This document shows positions 49,021 through 57,051 of a stretch of DNA of 57,051 nt, piece by piece. A model generated the notes under the pieces. That model had not been told where the DNA came from. It was given only the letters and a program-made list of their open reading frames with translations, and did no database searches. Location: positions 1-57,051 of IMG/VR virus record IMGVR_UViG_3300025168_000102, one strand, 5' to 3'. How positions within the stretch are numbered: position 1 is the stretch's first letter; each line of letters starts with the position of its first letter. The position numbers and the translations under genes were made by a program. Origin of the DNA: a virus (Duplodnaviria > Caudoviricetes).

Positions 49021-49614
49021 ATGGATACTAAAGTTTCCGTATTAGGTGGACTCCAACCTGCACGAATATATGGATCTGGTGCTAATAGCACTGGTATGAA
49101 AATATTGCCGATTGCTTCAGGAGATGCTCGTAATATCTTTAAAGGAGATCTCGTAAAGACAAGCTTGGGTAATATTGAACCAGTAAGTGCCGCTGCCGAT
49201 TATGCTGTTGGTGTATTCCAAGGGGTTTATTATGAATCCGATGGAGTTCCAAAGTTTAATCAGTACTGGCCAGCTAATACATCAGCTACTAATATACAGG
49301 CACATGTGATGGCAGATACTGATATGACGTATTATGTCATGGCAGATGCTTCGTGTTCGGCTGGAGATATATACTTAAATTTTGCGTTAACTCTTGGGGC
49401 TGGAAATACTGCTACAGGTATATCTGGATTCGGACTTAAGGCTGCAACCAGGGTGGCAACAACTGCACCAGTTAAAGCAGTTGGTGTTAAAGACATACCT
49501 GGAAATGACATCGATGTTGCTACGGAACGTGCGTTCCCTATTATGGCAGTTAAAATACTGCGTAGTAATATGAATATGTTCGATGTTGCTTCTAGTGTTG
49601 TCGGCCCAATTTAA
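49021..49614 (+). CDS. Probable capsid decoration/minor head protein
   Basis: AAGGAG RBS; 'NIFKGDLV...VGVFQG'; directly upstream of MCP. Confidence 0.6.
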   Translation: MDTKVSVLGGLQPARIYGSGANSTGMKILPIASGDARNIFKGDLVKTSLGNIEPVSAAADYAVGVFQGVYYESDGVPKFNQYWPANTSATNIQAHVMADTDMTYYVMADASCSAGDIYLNFALTLGAGNTATGISGFGLKAATRVATTAPVKAVGVKDIPGNDIDVATERAFPIMAVKILRSNMNMFDVASSVVGPI

Positions 49615-49630
49615 TAAGGGAGGATAAAAA

Positions 49631-50566
49631 ATGGCTATTTCAAGAGCTAGTATTGCCAAAGAACTTCTCCCTGGTCTTAATGCCGTATTCGGTCTTGAGT
49701 ATGGGGAAGTTAATAATGAACATGAGGCTCTCTTTGAAGTCGAGAATTCTGATCGTGCTTTTGAAGAGGAAGTAATGTTCACTGGCTTTGCTACTGCACC
49801 TGTTAAAGGTGAAGGAGCAGCAGTCAGCTACGATACTGCACAAGAAACATACGTTTCTCGTTACACTAACGAAACGGTTGCTCTTGCATTTGCAGTCACG
49901 GAAGAAGCTATGGAAGATAATCTTTATGATACCTTCTCTAAACTTCGTGCTCGTGGCCTTGCTCGTGCAATGGCAAACACTAAGCAAGTGAAAGGTGCTG
50001 ATGTCTTTAATAATGGCTTTAGTACTGCACCTGCTTACGTTGGTGGAGATGGCGTTGCTTTCTTTAGTGCTTCACACCCAACGGTATCTGCTGGAGTACA
50101 GTCGAACCTAGCTGCCGCAGCTGATTTATCAGAAGCCGCACTAGAAACAGTTATAACGAATATTCAAAAGATCAAAGATGATCGTAATATTCTAATTGGT
50201 TCGTCTGCTGTTTCATTGCATATACCACCTGATCTGTGGTCTACTGCTGATCAGATCCTACATTCACCCGGCTCAACTGTTGCTGGTGGAACTGGTGATG
50301 GAACTTATGCCCAGAATAACATTAATGCTATTCGTCACATGGGTATGATTCCTGAAGGTTTCTTTGTGAACCGTAGGTTTACCGATACCAATAACTACTA
50401 CATCAAGACTGATGTACCAAATGGAGCCAAGATGTTTGTACGTGTTCCACTACAAACTAAAATGGAGCCTGATTTTGATACAGGTAATCTTCGATTCAAA
50501 GCTCGTGAGCGTTATAGCTTCGGGTTCTCTGATTGGAGAAGTTACTTTGGAAGTCAAGGTAGTTAA
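49631..50566 (+). CDS. Major capsid protein
   Basis: MAISRASIAKELLPGLNAVFGLEY N-terminus; 'DFDTGNLRFKARERYSFG.SDWR' C-terminus; strong RBS; downstream terminator. Confidence 0.88.
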   Translation: MAISRASIAKELLPGLNAVFGLEYGEVNNEHEALFEVENSDRAFEEEVMFTGFATAPVKGEGAAVSYDTAQETYVSRYTNETVALAFAVTEEAMEDNLYDTFSKLRARGLARAMANTKQVKGADVFNNGFSTAPAYVGGDGVAFFSASHPTVSAGVQSNLAAAADLSEAALETVITNIQKIKDDRNILIGSSAVSLHIPPDLWSTADQILHSPGSTVAGGTGDGTYAQNNINAIRHMGMIPEGFFVNRRFTDTNNYYIKTDVPNGAKMFVRVPLQTKMEPDFDTGNLRFKARERYSFGFSDWRSYFGSQGS

Positions 50567-50573
50567 TATCTAA

Positions 50574-50614
50574 AGAGAGGGAGAGTGTAAAAGCTCTCCC
50601 TACTCTATTTATTT
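50574..50614 (+). terminator. Rho-independent terminator after MCP
   Basis: AGGGAGAG-loop-CTCTCCCT followed by a T-rich tract. Confidence 0.65.
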
Positions 50615-50626
50615 GAAAGGAATAAA

Positions 50627-50953
50627 ATGGCTACAAATATTAAAACTGCAACAGTTACAGGCAGTGGACAGCTTATAGATTTTTCTACCTCAACTGTACC
50701 AACTACAGCTACAGGTGGTATGGGAGATGTTATTGCAATAGGTACTCGTATTCTAGGAATTACTGCTGCTGTTACTGGTACATGTAATATCACCGATACT
50801 TTTACTTCTGTTAATACAGCAAAGACTCTTACCCGAATTAAATTTGCTGGAACTCATGATGCTTATTTTGGAGAGCAAGGTGTAAAGTTCTTAGGTAAGA
50901 TTATGGTATCTGCTCCTACATCAGCTTCTACTGTTATGGTATACTATGGTTAA
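50627..50953 (+). CDS. Small virion protein
   Basis: Thr-rich and beta-type; ends 'GVKF...TVMVYYG'. Confidence 0.6.
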   Translation: MATNIKTATVTGSGQLIDFSTSTVPTTATGGMGDVIAIGTRILGITAAVTGTCNITDTFTSVNTAKTLTRIKFAGTHDAYFGEQGVKFLGKIMVSAPTSASTVMVYYG

Positions 50954-50955
50954 TT

Positions 50956-51615
50956 ATGCCTAATTATGATTATTTAATTACAGATATAAAGAATACTATA
51001 GAAAATGATTCAACAGAGTTTCAAACTCAGTTGCCTAAAATTGTTAATAAAGCTGAGATTAAATTAACAAATGATTTAGATGATCATGGACTAAATACAA
51101 CAGTATCTCTAGCTGTACCAATTACAAATAATAATCTAACACTTCCTACAGGCACTCGTATTGTCCGTAGTTTTTCTATGATTCAAGATGGGTCAAGAAA
51201 GAATATGTTATTACGTACAATTGATTACGTAAATGATTACTGGCCTGTAAGTGCTAGTGTAGGGTATCCTGTTTATTATGCATATAAAAACAACACTCAA
51301 ATTAAAGTTGTTCCTACTCCTGTGTCTACTTTTGATGGAGAGATTATATATGTATCTAGACCTACGACACTTACATCTACAGGAACCACATCAAATTACT
51401 TTACAGATTTTTGTTACGATGCTTTATTCTCTGCCTGTATGGTTGAGTCTTGTCTATTTATAAAAGATGGTACGGCTACTCAGTTATGGGAAACACAATA
51501 TCAGTATCATATTAATATGTTAAGAAATCAAGCACGTAGAACAAGACAAGATAATATGGCTGTTAATGCTAGTCCTGCTGGTGGACCTGATACATTAATT
51601 AAAGGATCAACCTAA
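50956..51615 (+). CDS. Head-tail adaptor-like protein
   Basis: 'IVNKAEIKL', 'PVYYA...IKVVPTP', 'DALFSACMVE'. Confidence 0.6.
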   Translation: MPNYDYLITDIKNTIENDSTEFQTQLPKIVNKAEIKLTNDLDDHGLNTTVSLAVPITNNNLTLPTGTRIVRSFSMIQDGSRKNMLLRTIDYVNDYWPVSASVGYPVYYAYKNNTQIKVVPTPVSTFDGEIIYVSRPTTLTSTGTTSNYFTDFCYDALFSACMVESCLFIKDGTATQLWETQYQYHINMLRNQARRTRQDNMAVNASPAGGPDTLIKGST

Positions 51616-51851
51616 TGTCTATTAGTCGATCTAATATAGGACAGGAGATTAAAATGGCAGGAAAGAAAAAGAAACTTAATATTAAAAAAGCTATTAAAAA
51701 ACCTGGAGCATTAAGAAAAGAATTAGGAGTTAAAAAAGGTAAAACAATTTCTGCTTCTAAACTAAATGCTGCAGCTAAGAAAAAAGGTAAACTAGGACAA
51801 AGAGCTAGGTTTGCTCAAACACTACGTAAATTAAATCGGAGGAAAGCATAA
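51615..51851 (+). CDS. Small basic protein
   Basis: 'IKKAIKKPGALRKELG...GKLGQRARFAQTL'. Confidence 0.6.
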   Translation: MSISRSNIGQEIKMAGKKKKLNIKKAIKKPGALRKELGVKKGKTISASKLNAAAKKKGKLGQRARFAQTLRKLNRRKA

Positions 51852-52033
51852 TGGCTTATACTAAAGACAATTCAAAATTACTTGTGGCAAAACCAACAGG
51901 ACAGGGATTTGGAGCTGCTCATACAGGACCAGCCGTTCATGGACCTATACATGCTATATGTAATGAAGATTATCCTCAAGGAGAAAGTTTTCCTATAGAT
52001 AAAAGTACAGTTTATAAAAGAGAAGGGAAGTAA
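51851..52033 (+). CDS. Hypothetical protein
   Basis: TAATG coupling; 'PTGQGFGAA'. Confidence 0.5.
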   Translation: MAYTKDNSKLLVAKPTGQGFGAAHTGPAVHGPIHAICNEDYPQGESFPIDKSTVYKREGK

Positions 52034-52034
52034 A

Positions 52035-52793
52035 ATGGTAGGTCAACTTATCAGTAAACTAGCCATGCAAGCAGCTAAAGCTGCAGCAACCCTTTTAAAG
52101 AAACCATCTATTATGGTAGATGATACTAAAAAGTTTGCTGGTAAGTTTGGTAAGAAATTAGCAGAGGAACATTTAGGAAAAGATAGAGTTAAAAAAGCTA
52201 CAGCTTCTACAGCTAAGAAAGCTCAGAAAAAGAAACCTGCTCCTAAACCAAAATCTAAAAAGAAATTTACTAAAAAAGATTTACAGCATATGAGTTCAGC
52301 TGAACGTAAAGAATTTAGTAAATTACGTAAACAACAAGAAGCTGATATGGAGGGTGATTTAAAAACAGCATCTACATCAGGTGGAGATCGACAACAAATG
52401 TTAATACGTCAAGGTAGAAGAAAATCTCCTTTTACTGGTGAAGCTATCCCACGAGGAAGTAATCCACCAAAAGTTAAATATCCTCGTCAAAAACGTAGTA
52501 TAGTAGAACATCCTAGTGGTGAATTAAAATCTAAATCTCGTCTTGGTGAAGATGATATGAGAGAATTTAATCCTAGAGAAAAGATGGAAGAAAAACTTAG
52601 ACCTATGCCACCCGGTACGGCTGATCAAACATTTGAAGCTATGAAAGGTAAAGGTATGGGTCGAGGACAACTAGAAGATATCATGGATCAAGTTATGGGT
52701 GGTGGCCTTACTCTTAAAAAGAAAGGTGGGAAAGTTGGATCACCTCGTGGAGTAGGTAAAGCTCTTCGTGGATTTGGAAAGGTAATATCATAA
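52035..52793 (+). CDS. Basic hypothetical protein
   Basis: K-rich; ends KKKGGKVGSPRGVGKALRGFGK. Confidence 0.6.
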   Translation: MVGQLISKLAMQAAKAAATLLKKPSIMVDDTKKFAGKFGKKLAEEHLGKDRVKKATASTAKKAQKKKPAPKPKSKKKFTKKDLQHMSSAERKEFSKLRKQQEADMEGDLKTASTSGGDRQQMLIRQGRRKSPFTGEAIPRGSNPPKVKYPRQKRSIVEHPSGELKSKSRLGEDDMREFNPREKMEEKLRPMPPGTADQTFEAMKGKGMGRGQLEDIMDQVMGGGLTLKKKGGKVGSPRGVGKALRGFGKVIS

Positions 52794-53422
52794 TGGATAA
52801 AAAAATAAAAGATTTAGGTTATGAATATGATGGCCTATTAAAAGGTTATAAACGAGGAGAGCAGAAGAAAGGTACAAAAAGTAAATATTGGCCAGCAATT
52901 AAAGCTCGTGGTGGCAGATGGAAAACAGGAGGACAAGTTATGAAAAAAGGTGGCAGAGTAAAAGTAAAAGAAGTTATGCCAGCTTGGATGAAGGGAATGT
53001 CTGATAAAGAGATTAGAGAAATTTTAGGAGCACCTACATATGATAAAGATGGAGTTCTTCGTCATTCACAAAAACGTAAAAAACTTAAAGTAAAAAATGC
53101 AAAAGATGGAGGTCAAGTTATGAAAAAAGCTGATGGTGGTAAGATGAGTCGTATAGGATTATCTCCTGCTGAAGAATCTCGTTCAGGTACAATGTCTGAA
53201 AAGAAACGTGCTAAGAATATGGCATACGGTGGTAAGGTAAAAAAGTATAGTAAGGGTGGTAAAGTAAATACTAGTCGTGAAAATAGATTAGAAGAACTGG
53301 GTCGAGTTGATGCAGAGAAAGCTCATACAAGTAAAGGTAAACGTAATCTTCGTTCTGAGAAAAAACGTATTGTAAAAGAATTAACTGGTAATAATTTTGT
53401 AGCTTCACATTACGATAGCTAA
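52793..53422 (+). CDS. Basic protein with multiple xxxGGxV repeats
   Basis: WKTGGQV, MKKGGRV, AKDGGQV, KADGGKM, MAYGGKV, YSKGGKV. Confidence 0.6.
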   Translation: MDKKIKDLGYEYDGLLKGYKRGEQKKGTKSKYWPAIKARGGRWKTGGQVMKKGGRVKVKEVMPAWMKGMSDKEIREILGAPTYDKDGVLRHSQKRKKLKVKNAKDGGQVMKKADGGKMSRIGLSPAEESRSGTMSEKKRAKNMAYGGKVKKYSKGGKVNTSRENRLEELGRVDAEKAHTSKGKRNLRSEKKRIVKELTGNNFVASHYDS

Positions 53423-53553
53423 TGCCTTTTAAATCTAAAAAACAACGAGACTTTCTAAAGATAAATAAACCTAAAATTTATAATAGGTGGAAGACTAAAT
53501 ATGGAACTCAGCCTAAGAAAAATGTTGGTAGGGTAAAAAAGAAAAAGAAATGA
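53422..53553 (+). CDS. Small basic protein (43 aa; not in the ORF track)
   Basis: MPFKSKKQRDFL...; TAATG and ATGA coupling on either side. Confidence 0.55.
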   Translation: MPFKSKKQRDFLKINKPKIYNRWKTKYGTQPKKNVGRVKKKKK

Positions 53554-53966
53554 AATACATATTAATATTATTAAGTGTAATGCTAATAGGATGTACAACT
53601 ACTTTAACTAAAGAAGTATCAACTCCTAAAGTTGTAAAACCTTTGGTTTCTAAAAAAGGAACTCCTATAGCTTTTATTTTTGTATCTTGTATATCTTTAG
53701 AGGCAACTAAAAATATTCTAGAGGGGGATAAAATTTCTAAAGTAGAAGCTGCTAAAAGATGGAAAGCACAGGTTGTTAGAGGTTTATGTGGATTACATAA
53801 CCCTCCTGTTTTAGTAGGCTTAGACAAAGTAGAAGTATCGTATATCGATCATGACAAAAAAAAGTCACAGCTTTGGAAAATTAAAGATAGAGATTTATGG
53901 GCATTAGTTGATGAAGACTATGTTAAATATATAGAACCAAAACAATCTACAGGATTGGAAGTTTAA
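53550..53966 (+). CDS. Putative lipoprotein
   Basis: MKYILILLSVMLIG-C: signal peptide with a lipobox-like cleavage site. Confidence 0.6.
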   Translation: MKYILILLSVMLIGCTTTLTKEVSTPKVVKPLVSKKGTPIAFIFVSCISLEATKNILEGDKISKVEAAKRWKAQVVRGLCGLHNPPVLVGLDKVEVSYIDHDKKKSQLWKIKDRDLWALVDEDYVKYIEPKQSTGLEV

Positions 53967-53984
53967 TGGAATACGAGGATTAGT

Positions 53985-54659
53985 ATGGCACTATCAGGTA
54001 CATATACATTTGATTTAGATATTGATTCCGTTATTCAGGAAGCAATGGAAATGATAGGTGGAGGAGAAATCTTAGGACATGAACCTGCATCTGCAAGAAG
54101 ATCTTTGAATTTGTTATTAACTGACTGGCAAAATCAAGGAGTCTTACTATGGTCTACCGATGTCAGTTCTATTACGGTTACAACCAGTACCACTACTTAT
54201 GATTTAAGTACGGCTACAATTGACGTAATGGAAGCTGTTCTCAACAGAAGTAATACTGACTTGCAAATGACAAGGATATCTTTTGAAGAGTATCTTAAAA
54301 TTCCAGCTAAAGGGCAAACTGGTAGACCATCTCAATTCACGGTTAAACGTAATCAAAGTTATCCTACATTATATGTTTGGCCTCTTCCTGAAAATTCTAC
54401 GGATGTTATTAAAGTAGAACGAATAGGATTTCTTCAAGATATAAATAAATCAGCAGGTCAGAATGCAGATGTACCTAGAAGATTTCTACCATGTTTAACC
54501 ACAGGGTTAGCTTATTATATGTCAATGAAAAGACCAGGCATTGAAGCTACAAGAATAGCTATGTTAAAGACTGTATATAATGAACAATTTAGAAATGCAA
54601 TGGAAGAAGATAAAGAAAGAGCAAGCCTTTACTTTAAACCTAAATTAGGATATGTGTAA
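53985..54659 (+). CDS. Head-tail connector / tail tubular A-like protein
   Basis: 'SARRSLNLLLTDWQNQG', 'GRPSQF', 'LYVWPLP', 'RFLPCLTTGLAYY'. Confidence 0.65.
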   Translation: MALSGTYTFDLDIDSVIQEAMEMIGGGEILGHEPASARRSLNLLLTDWQNQGVLLWSTDVSSITVTTSTTTYDLSTATIDVMEAVLNRSNTDLQMTRISFEEYLKIPAKGQTGRPSQFTVKRNQSYPTLYVWPLPENSTDVIKVERIGFLQDINKSAGQNADVPRRFLPCLTTGLAYYMSMKRPGIEATRIAMLKTVYNEQFRNAMEEDKERASLYFKPKLGYV

Positions 54660-54937
54660 TGGCTAATAATAAAAATGCATTAGCTATATGTGATACTTGT
54701 GGATTTAGGTATCAACATAGAGTAATGCGTTTAAATAGTTATGGAATGTTAGTTTGTCCTACTGATTGGGATGGAGCTTATAATTTAGTCAATAGCCCAT
54801 TAAATAAATCTCCAAATGTTAGAGATGATCCAAGTATTCGGAATCCTAGACCTGATGTAAATTTAGCAAGTAATACATCTTGGAACACAGATTTAAATGA
54901 GTGGCAAGCTGAAACAAGAGATTGGAATAACATATGA
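54659..54937 (+). CDS. Small Cys-containing hypothetical protein
   Basis: AICDTCGFRY...LVCPTDWD...NPRPD. Confidence 0.6.
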   Translation: MANNKNALAICDTCGFRYQHRVMRLNSYGMLVCPTDWDGAYNLVNSPLNKSPNVRDDPSIRNPRPDVNLASNTSWNTDLNEWQAETRDWNNI

Positions 54938-56802
54938 GTACATCATTTACAGGAAGACAGATTGCCAATTCATATAAAGAAATTCTTAAAATAGATACGT
55001 CTGTAAATCAAGGAATTATAGGAGCCTTACAAACAATTCAAAGTGGTGATGGATTAGACAGTGCCTTACAACTTTCTGATAGTAGAGTAAATGTTAATGG
55101 AATCTTTACATTAAATGGTGTAGATATAACTGTCGATGCTTCTACTATTAATGCTTTTACAAGTATTACAAATGTTACTGGATTAGTAGCTGTAGCTGGA
55201 GGAAGTGTTTATGGAAGAACCTTAACAGGTGGAAGTGGTATTACTATTTCTAATGCTGCTGGAGGATCAGGTAATCCAACCATAGCTGTTAGTTTAACTG
55301 GTGTTCATATCTCTGCTGCATCAGCACACTTTACTGGAAATGTAACAGCGGCTGAATTTTGGGGGCCAGTTATTGGTAATGTAACTGGAAATCTAAATGG
55401 TAATGTAGATGGTACTCGTGCTCATATTACAGCTAGTATAGGAACAGCTAATTTAGTAGCACAAACAGGAAGTTTTACAACTAAAGTATCAGGAGCTGCA
55501 GCTCAATTTAGTGGGGATGTATCAGTAGCTACTTCTATTTATGCTACTGGGGCTGTTTTTTCAGGAACAGTAAGTGCGGCAAGTTTTGCAGGAGATGGAT
55601 CAGGACTAACCAATGTTCCCTCTTCACTTGGAGGAACAGTAACAAGAATTACGGCTGGAACAGGTATTGGTATAACTGTAGATGGAGTAACGTCTTCGTC
55701 TATTCCTGTAAGTGGTACTGTATTAGTATCAGAAGATCAACCAGGAATTAAAACTTTAGGAACCGTATCTGTAGGAACAGTTGTAGTTAGTACTAAGATA
55801 TCTGCTCCATCAGGAGCCGTAGTAAGATTTAATGGGGATGTGTCTACTAATAATTTATATGCTGCTACAAATGTTTATATTGGTGGATCAGCTATTCCTG
55901 ATGCATCTTTTAGAACTTCTATTAATTCAGTAATAGCTAATACGTCATCAGCTTTAGCTACAAGTATTGGCAACAGTAATACTCTTATAGCAAATACATC
56001 ATCAGCTTTAGCTACGAGTATCGGAAACAGTAATACAAATATAACAACGAATGCTAGTGCCATTACTTCTATTAATGGTGTAATTGGAGATGGTACTGGA
56101 TTTGTAACGGATTCTGAATTAGCTACTGTTTCGGCTGCTCTAGCCACAAGTATAGGAAACAGTAATACTCTTATAGCTAATACATCTTCAGCATTGGCTA
56201 CAAGTATAGGGAATAGCAATACAAATATAACAACGAATGCCAGTGCTATTACTTCTATTAATACTGTTATTGGAACCGTATCAGCAGCTTTAGCAACAAG
56301 TATAGGTAATAGTCGAACTCTTCTAGCTACTACATCTGCAGCTTTAGCTACGAGTATTGGTAATCATTTACCTCTTGCAGGAGGAACAATAACTGGAATT
56401 GTTTCAGCTACTGATGTCTATGTAAGTGCTATAGCAATCGGAGTTAATGCACTCTTAGGTAAAAACTTACATATAGAAAAAGCAGCTGTGGCTGATTTAG
56501 TAAGCTTAACAGATGCAGGTACAGTAGCTGTAGATTTTAATGCTGGACAAAACTTTCATTTAACATTAGCAGACAATAGAGCATTGGGTAATCCTACAAA
56601 TTGTGTAGCAGGACAAGTAGGAAGTATTTTTATTGTTCAAGATGGAACAGGTAGTCGTACATTATCTTATGGAAGTAGTTGGGAATTTATAGGAGGAACG
56701 GCTCCTACTCTAAGCACAGATGCAGCAGCTGTAGATCGTTTAGATTATATTGTAAGAACATCAACGGCTGTTCAATCAATTCTTTCACAAGGGTATAGTT
56801 AA
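54934..56802 (+). CDS. Fibre protein (paralog C) with coiled-coil repeats
   Basis: Ser/Thr/Gly-rich; six ALATSIGN repeats; same C-terminal domain as ORFs 470 and 6196. Confidence 0.75.
   Translation: MSTSFTGRQIANSYKEILKIDTSVNQGIIGALQTIQSGDGLDSALQLSDSRVNVNGIFTLNGVDITVDASTINAFTSITNVTGLVAVAGGSVYGRTLTGGSGITISNAAGGSGNPTIAVSLTGVHISAASAHFTGNVTAAEFWGPVIGNVTGNLNGNVDGTRAHITASIGTANLVAQTGSFTTKVSGAAAQFSGDVSVATSIYATGAVFSGTVSAASFAGDGSGLTNVPSSLGGTVTRITAGTGIGITVDGVTSSSIPVSGTVLVSEDQPGIKTLGTVSVGTVVVSTKISAPSGAVVRFNGDVSTNNLYAATNVYIGGSAIPDASFRTSINSVIANTSSALATSIGNSNTLIANTSSALATSIGNSNTNITTNASAITSINGVIGDGTGFVTDSELATVSAALATSIGNSNTLIANTSSALATSIGNSNTNITTNASAITSINTVIGTVSAALATSIGNSRTLLATTSAALATSIGNHLPLAGGTITGIVSATDVYVSAIAIGVNALLGKNLHIEKAAVADLVSLTDAGTVAVDFNAGQNFHLTLADNRALGNPTNCVAGQVGSIFIVQDGTGSRTLSYGSSWEFIGGTAPTLSTDAAAVDRLDYIVRTSTAVQSILSQGYS
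55915..56365 (+). repeat. Degenerate coding repeats (ALATSIGN x6; 54-nt basic unit)
   Basis: GC(T/A)(T/C)T(A/G)GCNAC(A/G)AGTAT(T/C/A)GG at ~55951, 56005, 56137, 56191, 56287 and 56341. Confidence 0.85.
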
Positions 56803-57051
56803 TGGTTTTTAATAATAATCTTTTAATGGGAGGAGTTGCAGCTTCTTCAGGTGGTGGTGGTGGGTATTCTGTTACTAACTCTTGTATGTTTAATGAAGTT
56901 GACAGTTGTTATATGCATCGAACTCCAGGTGGTGATGGCAATCGTACAACATGGACTTTAAGTACATGGTATAAAAGAGGTAGGATAGAAACTGCTGGTG
57001 ATTATGATTATAAATGGTTTCTCTTTGCTGATAATACAGGTGGATATGGGG
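56802..57051 (+). CDS. LamG adhesin paralog, 3'-truncated
   Basis: TAATG-coupled start MVFNNNLLMGG...; open to the window end; near-identical to ORF 1718 from YSVTNSC onward. Confidence 0.8.
   Translation, partial: MVFNNNLLMGGVAASSGGGGGYSVTNSCMFNEVDSCYMHRTPGGDGNRTTWTLSTWYKRGRIETAGDYDYKWFLFADNTGGYG
56865..57051 (+). repeat. ~187-bp near-identical direct repeat of 1775-1961
   Basis: TATTCTGTTACTAACTCTTGT...GGATATGGGG; two substitutions seen by eye (ATA/ATG and ACA/ACT). Confidence 0.92.

Noticed and set aside
56865-57051. Terminal repeat indicating a complete circular genome
   Set aside because: It matches internal 1775-1961 rather than base 1, the upstream sequences differ, and there are two substitutions. 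It is a paralog repeat, so the genome is not closed.
1-57051. tRNA genes, integrase/att sites, phage RNA polymerase
   Set aside because: No cloverleaf with a T-loop consensus and no recombinase or RNAP motifs were seen by eye. The unsequenced gap lies in the tail module.

Overview
The window is a near-complete, circularly permuted genome of an AT-rich tailed dsDNA phage, probably a lytic marine podovirus. An alphaproteobacterial host is an inference only. It has two divergent arms that start at a non-coding switch region (~41.45-42.08 kb). The leftward (-) arm runs from ~41.4 kb to 22.2 kb. It carries small early ORFs, a C5 DNA methyltransferase, a cell-wall hydrolase, a T7-like primase-helicase, family A DNA polymerase, SSB, nucleases, class II RNR, two glycosyltransferase-type genes, a holin, IscA and TerS. 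The rightward (+) arm runs from 42.1 kb to the window end and continues at 1-22.2 kb. It carries TerL, portal, a GroES-like protein, scaffold, major capsid protein, adaptors, fibres, LamG/SPRY adhesins, ejection proteins with a GNAT, an M15 endolysin and basic proteins. I saw no RNA polymerase, integrase, tRNA or CRISPR array. The most notable observations are: (1) a family of covarying tandem-GA hairpins in front of early genes; (2) an apparently segment-permuted gp88-like Cys-rich gene bounded by a 9-bp direct repeat; (3) a modular fibre-plus-tip adhesin system with a near-identical duplicated tip gene; (4) a recurring xxxGGx[VIL] peptide motif in unrelated late proteins; (5) a GT/methyltransferase/MAF-like fusion operon; (6) a symmetric bidirectional promoter next to four G-tracts; (7) two probable AUU-initiated genes. 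All product calls come from motif recognition by eye; no database search was run.
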